Below are positions 1 to 12,639 of a stretch of DNA of 64,000 nucleotides, one piece after another; the stretch's first letter is position 1; the number at the start of each line of letters is the position of its first letter. This DNA comes from Lama glama (taxonomy: Eukaryota). The position numbers and the translations under genes were made by a program. The notes beneath the pieces were generated by a model that was not told the origin of the DNA, did not search any database, and saw only the letters and a program-made list of their open reading frames with translations. The stretch covers positions 90,708,001 through 90,772,000 of the forward strand of contig CM052816.1 of assembly GCA_028534125.1 (NCBI GenBank), given 5' to 3'.

Positions 1-131
1 TCCAACCCAACATTTTCTCCCTAGTGCTGTGGTGTCCTGGGTCACATCCCCGAGGGGCCAAGCCTGAGACCAGTGTCCCAGTGCTTGTGGTTTATTGGGG
101 GAAGGCTCATCAGGAGGAACAGGTAAGGGAG

Positions 132-415
132 TGTATTAGTGTCCTAGAGCTGCTGTAACAAAGCAGCACAGACCGGGCAGCTTAGACAACAGAGGCCAGA
201 AGTCCAAGATCAAGGCGTTGGCAGCTGTGGCTTCTCCTGAGGCCTCACCCCTTGGCTTGCAGACGGCCTCCCTCTTCCTGCCTCTCCTCTAGGTCACCCC
301 TCTGTCTTGCACATCCCTGGTGTCCCTGGCGTGTCCCAATCTCCTTGTCTTATAAGGACGCCAGTCAGATTGGATTAGGGCCCCATCTTAGCGACCTCAT
401 TTTAACTTAATTTCC
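132..415 (-). mobile_element. MLT1-type (ERVL-MaLR) solo LTR, partial
   Basis: tgtattagt...gctgctgtaacaaa, agaagtccaagatcaagg and ttataaggacgccagtcagattggattagggccc are MLT1 hallmark blocks in reverse orientation. Confidence 0.85.
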
Positions 416-1527
416 ACATCACCCAAACCACAGAGTGGTCCCACCTGAAAGTGAGGAGGCGGCTCTTCTCATCACCATCTCTGTTGGTTCGCTGGCCAGC
501 CCCCCATGTGTGTCTGGTGGGGAGGGGTCTTGGAGTATCAAGAGCATTTCTTTGGAGAGGATCACTCAGGTGACCGCTCAAGCAATTATGCAGCGGGGGG
601 CAGGGGCAGCACTCTCATACAAAGCGCGCCCAGGTGGGGTACCAACATCACCCTGACACAAGCCTTCCAGGGCTCTGCTGTCTATTCCAGAAGCCCACCA
701 GTCGTCTGTCTCCATTGGTTAAAGCCCACTCTTCCAGGTTCCACACGGGACATGAGAGGACTGCTGGGGCGGGGGACAGACTGGGGAGGGAATGAGAGTG
801 TATGAGCTGTTCTTCCCCTCAGCACATGGCACCACCATTGAGCCAGTTGCCCAGGCCCGAATCCTTAGCTTCTGGTCAACCACGGAGTGTCCCTGAGAGT
901 CTAGCCCTACCTCTTCCTTAGCTTTCAAATCCATCTTCTCTCCGTTCTCAGGGCCATGGCCCCAGTCCAAATCCCCATGACTAAGGAGTCTCTTCTCAGA
1001 TCTCAGCCTCTAATCTAAACCCCATGCATTTCTCCCACTACAGCCAAGTACGAGCCATTCACCTCCTCACGCGGCACCTCGTGACGGCTTCCTCAGACTA
1101 CAGGGATAACAGCCACTCTTGAATGGGACTGCAGGGCCTTCCCCAGTGTACTGCTGCCTCCTGCCTCAAACCATCCCTCCCCCAACTTGTTCTTAACATC
1201 TCAGCCACATTCAGCTTCTTTTCATCCTTCCACCTGTGACATCCTCAGTTCTCAGCAGGCTGTTTGCGCTACACACTCTGCAGCCACCCCCACCCCGCCT
1301 GCAGACACATCCCGTGTAACACTTGTTCTGGGCAGCCCTGCCTGACCTCCATGGTTAGTTGGTTGCCTCTGCTGTGTTTTTATTTGCTCTGGCAATGACA
1401 GCACTTAATTTCAACTTCAAACCAGTGTTTGGTGGCCCGTGGGGACTGCCACCATTCTGAAGACAGGATGGGAATCTTCCTTGTTAGTCATTATTCCCCC
1501 AACCCGTGTCCCTGCTCAGCCACCTCA

Positions 1528-1700
1528 TAGTGTGTGACCTAGGGCAACTTTAACTTTTCTGCGCCTCAGTTTCCTTATTTGTAAAAATGAGAAAATATAA
1601 CACAACATTCCTCGTAGTTTGGAGGAGAAAATGACTGAATATATGTGTGCTAGGTGGTGCTTAGAACAGTGTTTGGTGTGTAGCAAGTACATGTAAGCGT
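1528..1700 (+). mobile_element. MIR SINE
   Basis: MIR core gtgtgacctagggcaac...gcctcagtttccttatttgtaaaaatg and a cttagaacagtg-type 3' part. Confidence 0.8.
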
Positions 1701-1812
1701 TGGCTTCTATGATTTCTACTGCGGGCAGACATAGTAGTCGAAGGAGTATCTCCAACACTGAGTAGAGGACTGAGCACATGCACTGGAAGATAAGAAAAAC
1801 TAAAGGTGTTAG

Positions 1813-2339
1813 TGTTACCAAGTCCAAACTCATCCTGTTCGCTGCATGACAGGCTAGTAAATCGGGAGACGAGGTGTTGGGGCACGGAATAGCGACGTTA
1901 TTTGAGAAGCCGGCAGACCGAGAAGATGGCAGACTAATGTCCTGGAGAACCATGTTACCCAAGTCAGAATTCAGGCTTCTTTTATACTAAAAAGGGGAGG
2001 GGGTGCGGTTGGTCGTTGCAAACTTCTTGGTGCAGGAATTCTTTGTTCTTGGAATCCTTTATTCTAACAGCTGTGGATCCACATGGGTCAGGTCATGGTG
2101 CCCCTGTAAAATCTCTAGCAAAACTTTCCTACAACTTGTTATCTACATAAGTGCAGACGTGTTACCATCCTTAAAGGTCAGAGCTTTGAGAACGGGCTCT
2201 CCTGTGTATTTCAGGCTATAGGCGACATTCTTTTACAAAAGGTGCAGAGCCAGCAAGGCTAAGCCTAGAAAACAGGGCACAGGGTTAAAGCCAAAGGAAC
2301 AGATCTAATACGCAGTCATATCTGTTCTTTTCTATCGCA
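1813..2339 (-). mobile_element. ERV solo LTR, probably ERV1 class
   Basis: About 530 bp with TGT...CA termini, a minus-strand TATA (cttttata) and LTR-like composition; TSD not clear. Confidence 0.65.
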
Positions 2340-3826
2340 GTAAAAGTGGCCTGGCAGCCAGTTTGGATTAATACCACATTCATCCTTTGGCAGATTGGGA
2401 AACCAGGGGCATGTGTGATCTCAGTTTCGGTCTCATCTCTGATTTGACTGGCTTCAAGGCAAATATGTAATGTTAATTTATAGCTGACACTGACAGCTCT
2501 CATTACTATTAGACAAGGGCAAGAAAACAAGAATCTTCTCATCGGGAGAGGTGATTAGGTTACAACTAACAACAGTTACACCTGAAGTTGATAATTTTAC
2601 AGGGTGAAAATGCAGCCCGGGAATATTGGCTAATTCTCATGGAATCCTGCTCATCTAGCTGTTTTGTTAAGTACAGTGCAGCCAACAGGAAACTAAGCCA
2701 AGTAACTCTGTCTTTCCTGAGGCCCCAGGGGGCTCATCACCTCATCACCTCCTGCTCTCTGTGACCCTTCTCCTTAAAACCCCATTAACTTGGACCCGTG
2801 GCTGGACTTCACTGACTCACCAGGCTGCTGGCTTCCCTAGAGGGGAGACTCCCAGCAGAACCACCTCATCCTTCTCTGGGACTCCTCCCTGCTTCCTCCC
2901 TTCTCCGCCCTCCTCCTACGTGCAGCCCACCCTGCTGCACAGAGCTGACTGAGACAGGCTTTGCCAGGAGTAGTCAGCAGGTGATTAAAACATCTTTCAC
3001 ACCAAACATGTCTGGGCCCACAGAGCTAAATGCTCAAGCATTTGAGAGTTGGACACCAAATAATTTCCTTTCCATCAATGCAAAGGCAGGTATGACCAGG
3101 ACAAGGGTAATTGCTTTAATGCAATGCTGGACCCTTCGCCTTTTTCTCAGTGCTGTTTCTATGCATCTCATTTCTTTCTCTGCCGTCAGTCACCCTCTTC
3201 TCCCCTCTAGGATTTTTGTTGTTGTTGCTGTTTTGTTTGTTTGTTTTTTTCTTTCTTTCTTTTTTGTTCCTTCCAGTCTGGTCTACAGTAGTTCTGTTCT
3301 CATTTCCTGTTTCCTTTCTAAGGGTCTGATGCTGGGGTGAACACCTAGCCAGAATTTGGCAGAAAGGGAAAAAAAAAAGCAGAAGGAATCAGACCCACTA
3401 AGGAAGGCTGCCCACCCTGAGAACACTGTTCTGGAGAGTTCCGCCTGCCATTCACCCAGGGCTCACAGACACAGGAACATGAGTCATCAGTGAGACACTG
3501 TTGCCACCCGCTTTTCTTCCCCAAGCCTCCCTTAAAAAAGAGGAAATGGCCTCTGACATTGGGATGTATGAACAAGACTTTCACACACAGCGCAAAGCAT
3601 GAGAACTTCTGCCACAGACTTCCGCCCTGGTTATAGGATGCTGGTCTCATGGTTGGGTTTCAAACCTCAAATCTGAAGAAAAATGTCGCTCAAAGTATGA
3701 TTTGTAGGGAGCAATAGAAAGGCTGATTCAGAAGGAAAAACAGAAACCACATAGTAATACTGTTAGATGACTTCTAGGATTTTTTAAGTAATTATCATTT
3801 TTAAAAGAATTATTTGGCAATAAAGA

Positions 3827-3862
3827 GAAAATGAAATGAAATAATGAAATGAAATGAAATGA
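3827..3862. repeat. (GAAAT)n simple repeat
   Basis: gaaaatgaaatgaaataatgaaatgaaatgaaatga read directly. Confidence 0.85.
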
Positions 3863-6800
3863 GCTATAAATGGCCTTTAAAGCACATCAAGCAAGATTAT
3901 GGAAGAAAAAAGATCAATTAGCCACACTGGTCAATAAAGCTGGAATGAGATGTCATTAAACTTGTTCAAAGAAAAGTTTGATTAAAGATTGTTCCCTAAT
4001 TATGAGGAAAGGAAAGAAGATTCTTAGGCAAATCTGACAAAGGAGATTATAATTCTGTGGACTGAAATGAGAAACCCAACATTTAGAGCCGGTTGGGACA
4101 AAACAACCTCATTCCGAAAATGGATAATTACGCTCCATTCTCTAGTTAAAGGGATCTAGACCAACTTTAAAGTCTTTAACCACGTTCCTTACAGATCTCT
4201 CAGAACCACATGAGTGGATCTGCATGGGGAGACCAGCCCTCAACTCTCCACTGTGAGTGCAATTCATCATGGAAAAGGACCCCGGAGTTTTCTGCTCTAA
4301 TCTTTGATCCCCGAGATGCCAGACAAGATATGCAAATAACTTGTTCAATATCCATAACATTATCTTGTGAAAAATGCAATTTTAGGCAAATTGAAAATGG
4401 AAGGGATTAAAAATGATTAGAGAGGTAGTCTGTAGCTGTAAGACTAATCTATGGTTAAAAATTATGTTTTTGTTTTCTTTCGTTCCACTAGCAGTCTAGA
4501 AAGAATTCATTTGCATGGGTTATTCAGACAATGCTAGCATTCAGAATTGACATACTGAAATCCCATTTCTTTTTCTGGTCTTCTCTGCCGAGGGGAGAGG
4601 ACGCCTCCAAATCTCCGGCTGACATTCATCACCTCCCAACCAACAGCCACATCTTCTCCACAACCACACCTCCTGCTCCTGGGACCTGCCATTCCCACCT
4701 CCTTCCTCGCTGAGGAAGAGCAGACTTTTCTGGAATTGGCAGGAAACTGGCATTTACTCAGCTTATGTCCTAAAGAAAAGGGGAACCCGTTTTGGAAAAC
4801 AAGAAGTAAATTTCCCCAAAACAAACTCTTTAAAGTAAGCAGTGTGTTCGCCCTGGTTATCGGCCACAAGCAAAGACAAGACATATCTATGCATGAATTG
4901 GCAGTTCCTGGGTCTTGTCATTCTCACCAGGGAGGCCGGCTCTGCAAACCAATTAACTAATTAAACCAATTAACCAAATGTGTAATTAACCCTGAGAACG
5001 GAGGTGTCAACAGAAGCACAACAAAGGAGTTACTCTTCTCCTGGAATTGCCTGGTGGCTTTAAGCCTTTGTGTTTTCTGTCTTAAAGGCGTATCACCCAC
5101 AAGGGGAAAATATTCTCTGGGCACAGGCTTAGTGGCCAAGCGATAATATGATACAGATGGCATGGAATCAAGCCCCGGGCAGTTTCCCACCCCGGTTAAC
5201 GTCCATTATCTGTCAGCAAATATATAGGAGTTTGCGGGGACATCGTCCACAAAACACTGGCCAGCTCACGGTCGTTTCTTTTGAGAACATGTATGTCCAT
5301 TTTGAAGAACAGAGGAAGAGCTAGAAATTTCCAAACTAGTGCCTACTAAGAGACGATTAAGCCCCTGGTAATTCAAACAACTGGTTCTAGGAGAAAAAGA
5401 GTCAAGAAAGGGATGACAAAAATGTTTGGAGAGGTTTGATCTGTGCACAGAAATCCCTTGGAAACTTGAACTCGTGGGACTGTAGGAGTATCCGCCTCCA
5501 CGCATCCTGACGTGGAAATTCATCTTTGCCCAAACAATAAATTCATGCTTTGCCATGATCACTTTTAAGCAGCTCACCGTGTACAATTTGGGTTTTCAAG
5601 TAGCTTCAAGAATGTTCTTCAGAATGAATGATGTAAAAGACATTAAGCTAAGCCTGTTGCCTTTAAGGAGCTTAGCTTATATTTTGGGGTGAAACTCAGG
5701 GAAAGAAGTAACCAACAAAGAATGATATGTTAGACACTAAATTGATACCTACAGACTATAGTCAGATATCTAATGACTGACTGAGTCAGGCTGAGACTCA
5801 TTACTTATCTGGTTTCAGGGAAACCCAAATCGTGCTGGAGAGGGACACACAATCAAATCATTAACAGGGGAAGTGAAAGTCACAGCATGAGGAAATGTGA
5901 CGCTTATCAGAAGAATAAATATGTATGTGAAATCTCATCCTGGATTTTCCTGTTTCCCTTTCATAAAAGACGCAGTTTTCGACGTTGACCCTGGGCGAGA
6001 TCAAAGCTCACCCGGGCTAAGTCGGTACACACTTTCTAATCCTTAAGTAAAAAGATACACTTGTGAACAGTAACACTCAGCCGAGCTCACAGACTCCGCA
6101 CATAATCAGGGACTTAAAGGGCAATTTTATAACCAGGCAAGGATGTTGAAGGAACCCTGTTTCATTCAGTCAACCAAGGATCCTGTTCCTGCCTCAAGTG
6201 CAGAGCAAGCACCTGCTATGGCTTCAGTTAACCTCTCTGGGCATCCGTCTCCCCGTCTGAGAAAAGGAAGGGGTTTGGGCTCAGAAACTCTCTATGATCC
6301 TTCTCATGATCTGAATAGGTTGTTTGTATTTTCCACCAATAAAGGACAAGACTCTGACAGCAAACACTCCCCCTCCTCATATTTTGGATCAACCAGAACA
6401 TTGAAAAATTGGTACAAAAAGCTTTTCTTAAGATAAAGAGATAGTATTGCCTGGAGAATAATTGCCAGTCTCCTTGAAACTTTAGCCGGAGAACTTATCA
6501 AATAAAGAAACCTCGTTCCAGACCATGGGCAGAGTCCAAGAAAGTCAAACCCACCGCCTCGTGGGAATTTAGAATTACACAGTCATTGGTCAGGTTGAGG
6601 GTAAAGGAATGTGACGTTGTTTACCCGAGATTCTCCAAGACTATGTGAGCTGGGGCTCAGTGGTTTTAAATCATATAGTTGAAGAAAGCAAACTTCTAAA
6701 AGGAGATGTGTGTCATCTCCCCAAGGCCGTATGCTGCCCAGGGATGGGCCAGTCCCCACTCAACGTGCTCCTGTTTATCTCTGCCTCCCCCAAAGCAAGA

Positions 6801-7084
6801 AGGGGTCCACACAGGCTGAGCCTTGAGGATGGATGGTGGTAATTAGAGGCCAAATTCCAGTTCTAAGTAAAATAGACTTCATTCTGCCTGCATCTGTACA
6901 AATCAAGGGCATTACTGCTGGCATGGCATGGATTGGTTAATAACTATAAAGTCTGATGGACTGTTAGTTTTAAATGTAAGATGTTCAAGTGTTTTCTTAA
7001 TTCCACTGAATGCATTCTGAGACAGTCAAAAAAGAGATTAAAAAATAAGTCCAAGTTAAATAGCATTCAGTGTATAAAAACATG

Positions 7085-7430
7085 GCTTAGTCTGTTTGGG
7101 CTGCTGTGCACAAAATACCATTGATTGAGTGGCTTATAAACAACAGAAACTTCCTTCTCACAGTCCTGGAGGCTGAGCAGCCCAAGACCAAGGCTCTGGC
7201 AGATGTGGGGTCTGGTGAAAACCTGCCTCCTGGTTCGCAGATGGCCATGTTCCCTCTGTGTCCTCATTTGGCAAAAGGGGGACAGAATTCTCTGGCTCTC
7301 CCTTATAAGGGCACTAACCCCATCCACGAGGGCTCCACCATCATGACCTAATCACCTCCCAAAGAACCCACCCCATTTTTCAATTAAGTTTTCAACATGT
7401 GAAATGAACATAAACATTCAGTCTATAATA
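7085..7430 (-). mobile_element. MLT1A-like solo LTR
   Basis: cttagtctgtttgggctgct, ggcttataaacaacagaaa, ttataagggcactaacccc and atgacctaatcacctcccaaag blocks. Confidence 0.85.
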
Positions 7431-8862
7431 AACCCGTGAACTTCAATGCTGTTTCTCTCAGACTTATATTAACTCCCTGAACAATGACATTAAACACATG
7501 CTAAGTGCTTGCCTAGGTCTGGAAATATGATTAGAGCTGGGGATAAATAAGTCAGTTGCAGTTCATCTGCTCAGGGATGTTGTAAACCACAATTATATAA
7601 AGTAATTTACTGAGGTAATTAATATAAAATTTCAGTACTTAATGTCACAAGAATCTTGACTTTTTATATCCCATGGATTGTTTTAGGAGATGTTATTTCT
7701 TCTAAATAATGAATGACAGGAAATACAGATAAACTTGGTAACACATTCAAGCGTGCCATAATGTACACAGGTTTTGAAAATCATTTATAAGACAAATGGC
7801 AAATTAATTTTTTGAATGCTGAGCATTCAGGACATGGTAACATATTAAGCTGAGTAGTAAATATTTGCCTCTAGAAAAGGAAATGATGGTAATAGTTTTA
7901 AGGTCATGACACAGCTTTAATTTGCTTCTATTTTACAGACTTTAGAAAAAATGCTAAAAGGTTTGTTTATGAAGGTCCCCAGATGATACTTTTTTTACGG
8001 GAGGAATATAGAAACAAAAAGTCGAAATAAAACATTCAGAGCCTTTTGCAAGTTGGCAGTCACTAGGCTGGAATCTCATCTCCGTAACTGACCAGCCACG
8101 CGAAGGTCAAACTGCTTTCTCAGGGCGGGCGGGCAGCTTGAGAAAATTCCCAGGATTCCTGGCCGTGAAGCAGAGTTTCCCAGAGGAGGAGGCCCCGGCA
8201 TTCTTTCCTCCTGCTGAGGTGCCTTCGTCCTCCCCTCCCCAGTGCCCACCACTGGGCTCTGCTTCTTTACGTGGGATTCGACTTCATCATACGTGCAGTT
8301 CCAGAAATGAAAATACACATCTTACGTTGAAGTGAAAAAGTGGTGAAAGCTGTGGGATAGAGTGAATTTCCCTCCTCACCTCCAAAGGGTGGTAGATCTA
8401 GTGGCCTTTACACAGAATGGCGTCATAACATGTAGTTATGAGTCCTGTTAGACTTCTTGGCAAGAACTCTGACTTCCTCATCTTCCTCCCCTCAACATGT
8501 AGATTTGGGTGGATTTGCTGTTAGAAACGCAGATGGTAAAAGTTCCCTTTAGATTCTGGAGACTGAGTCTAGGAATAAAATTAAAACAGCATGTTAGTGA
8601 TTCATCTTTACCAAGACATGACAGGAACAATGAATGAAAAACATGAGATGGGACCATTGTATTTTAGATTTTCAGGCTAGATTAACTCTCTGAAAGCAAA
8701 GGCCCGTTTTCTCCAAATGATATGCAGCCCTCTCCCTGGAAGCTGGTCAGTGTAGCTCGTGCTGCATTTAGACTCTGCCCCTGTTGTCACAGAAAATTCT
8801 AGAGAAAGTCTTCCTGCAGTGCCATTGTGTATTTGAGCATGCTACACTACTGTTTTTTAATG

Positions 8863-8865
<3 letters not shown>

Positions 8866-8895
<30 letters not shown>
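8866..8895. repeat. (CA)n microsatellite
   Basis: Uninterrupted CA run read directly. Confidence 0.95.
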
Positions 8896-8897
<2 letters not shown>

Positions 8898-10147
8898 TGT
8901 TATAATGCCTCACAACTTAAGCTTTTGTTCCAAAATAGAAACAAATTTCTGAAAATCTCTTTCAGGAGGGATCTCACTTCTGCACAAGATGCTTTGCATA
9001 TACTGATGGGTTAAGCAGCTCCCTTGAAAATCACCCATTTTATTTATTACAGGTTTTAGGAACTAGCTTAAGTAAAAACACTGGCAAACAAAGCTTTAAA
9101 TAAATTTTCCTGAATGTAATCTCTTTTAAATGGACCATTTGATTTATGAATAGAGGAATCATAATGTAAACTCTGTTCAGGAAAGAGCATATGTAAATGA
9201 TTGGAAACTGTTGGAGGTGCCTTCATGGTGCGTTAACTCTGCTGCCCGTATATCCACGGTAGCTACTAAACTGTGTGGATGGTTCTGCTTCAGCACTGTG
9301 GTTTGCATGAACTCACCCAACTTAATCAATGGAGCTTAGGCTTCCAGAGCTGAAATACAACATACGGGAAAAAACTCATCCCACAAGCAACAAGTCACAT
9401 CGACCAAAGGGAAGGGAAGTGAACACAAGGCGCAGTGGGGCCACAGTCACTTCTGCCGGCAGATCTACATTTTAGGGAATGCTGCTTGCTTGAATTTTTC
9501 TTCATCTTTAATTATAAAACATTTAATTAAAAAAAAATCCACAACCAATGCGTCAGTTTACAGACCAAGGAAAGACTTTTCTAGCCAAAACACAAACTTC
9601 CCAGAGGGGGCTAAAGGCTCTCTCACTTTTAAGTCAATCAGCACACATAGCTCTTTTCAACAAAGTTAGTATTAGCATGTCTTTGAATACATGGTTATTT
9701 AGCACAGGTTGTTACTGTTTCCCTGGAGAGATGTCATTAAAATGAAATTTTTTTCCCTAAAATTATTAAGTGACAACTACCAATTTGTACTACTAAAGTG
9801 TTGCCTCCATGTAAGTAAGATACACTGGAACTACTCTGAGTTGCTGAAGCTTTAAGAGATGTTTAAAATTCTTTATCATCATCATTCCTATAATCCGTCA
9901 TGCATCCAGTTGTTTTGCTCATTCAATTAGAAAGATAAAAAGGTTTGCCCAAACCATAAACTAAGTACAGGGGAAAAGTGATTTTCTTATTCCTTTTTTT
10001 TTTTTAACACCAAGGGGGAAAAATTTACTGGCTTAACTTTAAATAATCCTTTAAAATATTTGTGAAAACACTTATAAACAGTAAAAAAATCAACAATTAG
10101 AAAACAAATTACAAGAAAGGGGAAGAAAAGGAGTTCACAGTTACCTA

Positions 10148-10280
10148 GGGGGAAAAACCCTCTGGAAAGTGTTTCGTTTTCCAAATTAAGGAAAAATACC
10201 GAGCGAGTGATTGAAGTGTGGAAGTGACCCGGAAGGGAAATGCGAACACAGGGCCCATTATATAGATCAGGAAGCCAATA
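10148..10280 (+). promoter_or_regulatory. Candidate inducible promoter/enhancer module (kB, ISRE, ETS, TATA-like)
   Basis: GGGAAAAACCC 10150-10160; GTTTCGTTTTCC 10171-10182 (GAAANNGAAA on the minus strand); GGAAGT 10220; CCGGAAG 10229; TATATA 10259-10264. Confidence 0.5.
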
Positions 10281-10964
10281 TCAGATCCTTGGTAACCAAC
10301 GGGGCCAGGGTGGGGAGATTCAAGTTTGGTGTAGGATGGAAACCACTTCAGACCGTATATAGAGCTTGCTTTATCTGAATGTGGACTATCGGTCTCTGTT
10401 CAGAATTAAACTGAGATACATTTGATAGTCCTCCAGAAATGAGGTTCTAAACCATCCACCAAACTCACCTCTCCATCCACTACCTTCAGCTTTAGGGCGG
10501 GAGGGTGAGTTTGCTAATCCCACAATTCTCGGTAACAGCCTTTGGCTATGAATTCTGAAAGTGCTTCCCCTTTTTCTCGGACAGCCCCAAAGACTTTTTC
10601 CTACCTTGCGCAGCCCTCGTGGGTTGACATGGAACCCAGGGCCAGGGTGGGGTTTATTCCACTGCCCTACTTTTGAGAGAGGCGGCGTAGCTCACTGCCT
10701 TCACCTACTCCTGTTTCTATAACTCATCTGTCCCCAGGCCCCCAAGTATGGACGGATTGAACTGTGTAGCTGGGATAAAAGAACAAAAAGACATCCTTCC
10801 GTTTCTATCTCTTTCTTTCTTCAGCCAGTTATTAATACTTTATTATCTACAGAGCATTTCCCATCAGAATACCTAGGCATTTTTATAAACAGCAAGACCA
10901 GAGAAAAGGTCCCCATGTTATGAAAGTAATATTGATTTAAAATCTGGTGGTGAAAAAAAAAGAA

Positions 10965-11025
10965 AGAAAAAGGAAGGAAGGAAAGAAGGGAGGGAGGGAG
11001 GGAGGGAGGGAGGGAGGAAGGAAGG
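10965..11025. repeat. Purine-rich (GGAA)/(GGGA)n tract
   Basis: aggaaggaaggaaagaagggagggagggagggagggagggaggaaggaagg read directly. Confidence 0.9.
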
Positions 11026-11138
11026 ATCCCCACCAAACAAAAGAAACAAAACAAAGAAACAAAAATTAAAAAACCTGATGGTGTATGCACAGAGCTTCTC
11101 TGCTAGTGTGTAGCAAGCACACCTTTCAGTCATAGTTT

Positions 11139-11330
11139 AAAGCTACCAACTTGTAAATAAGTTCATTTGTGGCATTTTTTACATTCCACATACAAGTGAT
11201 ATCGTATAAATGATAAAGCATATGAAGAAGAATATATATGGATAATTGAATCACTACACTGTATACCAGAAATTAATACATTGTAAATAGACTGTATTTC
11301 AATTTAAAAAAAAAGCTACCAACTTGTAAA
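11139..11330 (+). mobile_element. Short L1 insertion with 5' inversion and 19-bp TSD
   Basis: TSD aaagctaccaacttgtaaa at 11139-11157 and 11312-11330; antisense L1 segment about 11158-11207, then a sense L1 3' end with A-tail. Confidence 0.85.
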
Positions 11331-11899
11331 ACAGTTTAATAGGAAACTTTCACTTTGAAATTGTGACGCTTGATTATGAGCACCAGACTTCTTGGCTTTT
11401 CACCCCAGATGAACCATTTCGCCAACAACCATGGTCTGTCTATCTTCACAGTGATAGTCATGTGGTTACATGTGTCAGAACCCCTGTTCCCTTGGACAAA
11501 TGTCAGTTGTACACTCGGTGCATTATTGAGCCCACTATTTAAAGGAACACTCTGGAAAATCCTTTGGCAAAGAAATGAGAAAGTTTATGGCCAAAGCAAG
11601 CCCTTCTAGTGCCTGTTCTGTAAGCTTATTGTTTCACGTTACTAGGTTTGCTAAAAGTAGGGCTTGCCTCATGGCAATAAGCATTTTCTCACATCAGTCT
11701 AATACCTTGTTATTTATTGCCTGCACTGGGAGTAAGCAGACCTCATGGTATTGCAAAACCATGCCAACAGCTATTAAAGAGAAACCAATTAAGAATAAAC
11801 TTAGCCATCATTTAGGCCATTCCTCACATGAGACATTGGCAAGTAACGCTGAGACTGTGTTATTGTTTCACTGTACAGACGGGATTCTGATCATCTGGT

Positions 11900-12065
11900 T
11901 TTGAATCCCAGTTCTTATGAAAGTCTCTAAACTTCAGATCCCAGTTCTGAAAAATGTAGGTGGTAATAATAGTACCTTCCACATCGAGCTGTTGTGAAAG
12001 CAAATTAATCAGATGATGAATACGGTAAGTCAGCACAGTGCCTGGCATGTGGTATATGCTGAATA
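11900..12065 (+). mobile_element. MIR SINE
   Basis: ttgaatcccagttct...aataatagtacct...cagcacagtgcctggcatgtgg. Confidence 0.75.
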
Positions 12066-12639
12066 AGGGCGGCTAGCGAGCATCACCAGCGAAAAGACCT
12101 CACAGTTTAAAGAAGAACTGGAAAAGGCTCACTAATGGCTCCAGAGAGACGTTGGAGGACCCCATAACACATATCATGGCAACCTCGGCCTCTTCCCTCT
12201 ACGTCCTCCCCCCTTGCTAGCTGCAGAAAAGAGCTAAGCTGAATCAGGAGTTTCCCCTAGCTTTAAACAAAGGTTGGCAGCAGCCATGGGCCTCCATCCC
12301 TCCCGTCCTCATTGGCTTCCATCCACGTTGTGCCAAGCAGAGCATCAACAGGATGTGGAGTCATCTTCCGTGGTCCCAGCTGGCTTTGATTGTGCTATGA
12401 TGACTTGGCTGTTGCAGACGCTAGACTGAAAACATATTTCAGCTTCACCTCTTGAATGCCAGGTTGTTTATATTTGCCCAATACTCCCCCCTCCCCTTGA
12501 GTCATTTAAAGATCATGCCAAACACTTTGTTTCTTTTATCTGAATAGAGTCTTCCATTAAAATATTTGGGAACAGTTACTTTTACTGATATTTTGCAGAT
12601 CTGGAAGAAAGTTTTCATAGTTATGTGGTCTTTCCCTCT

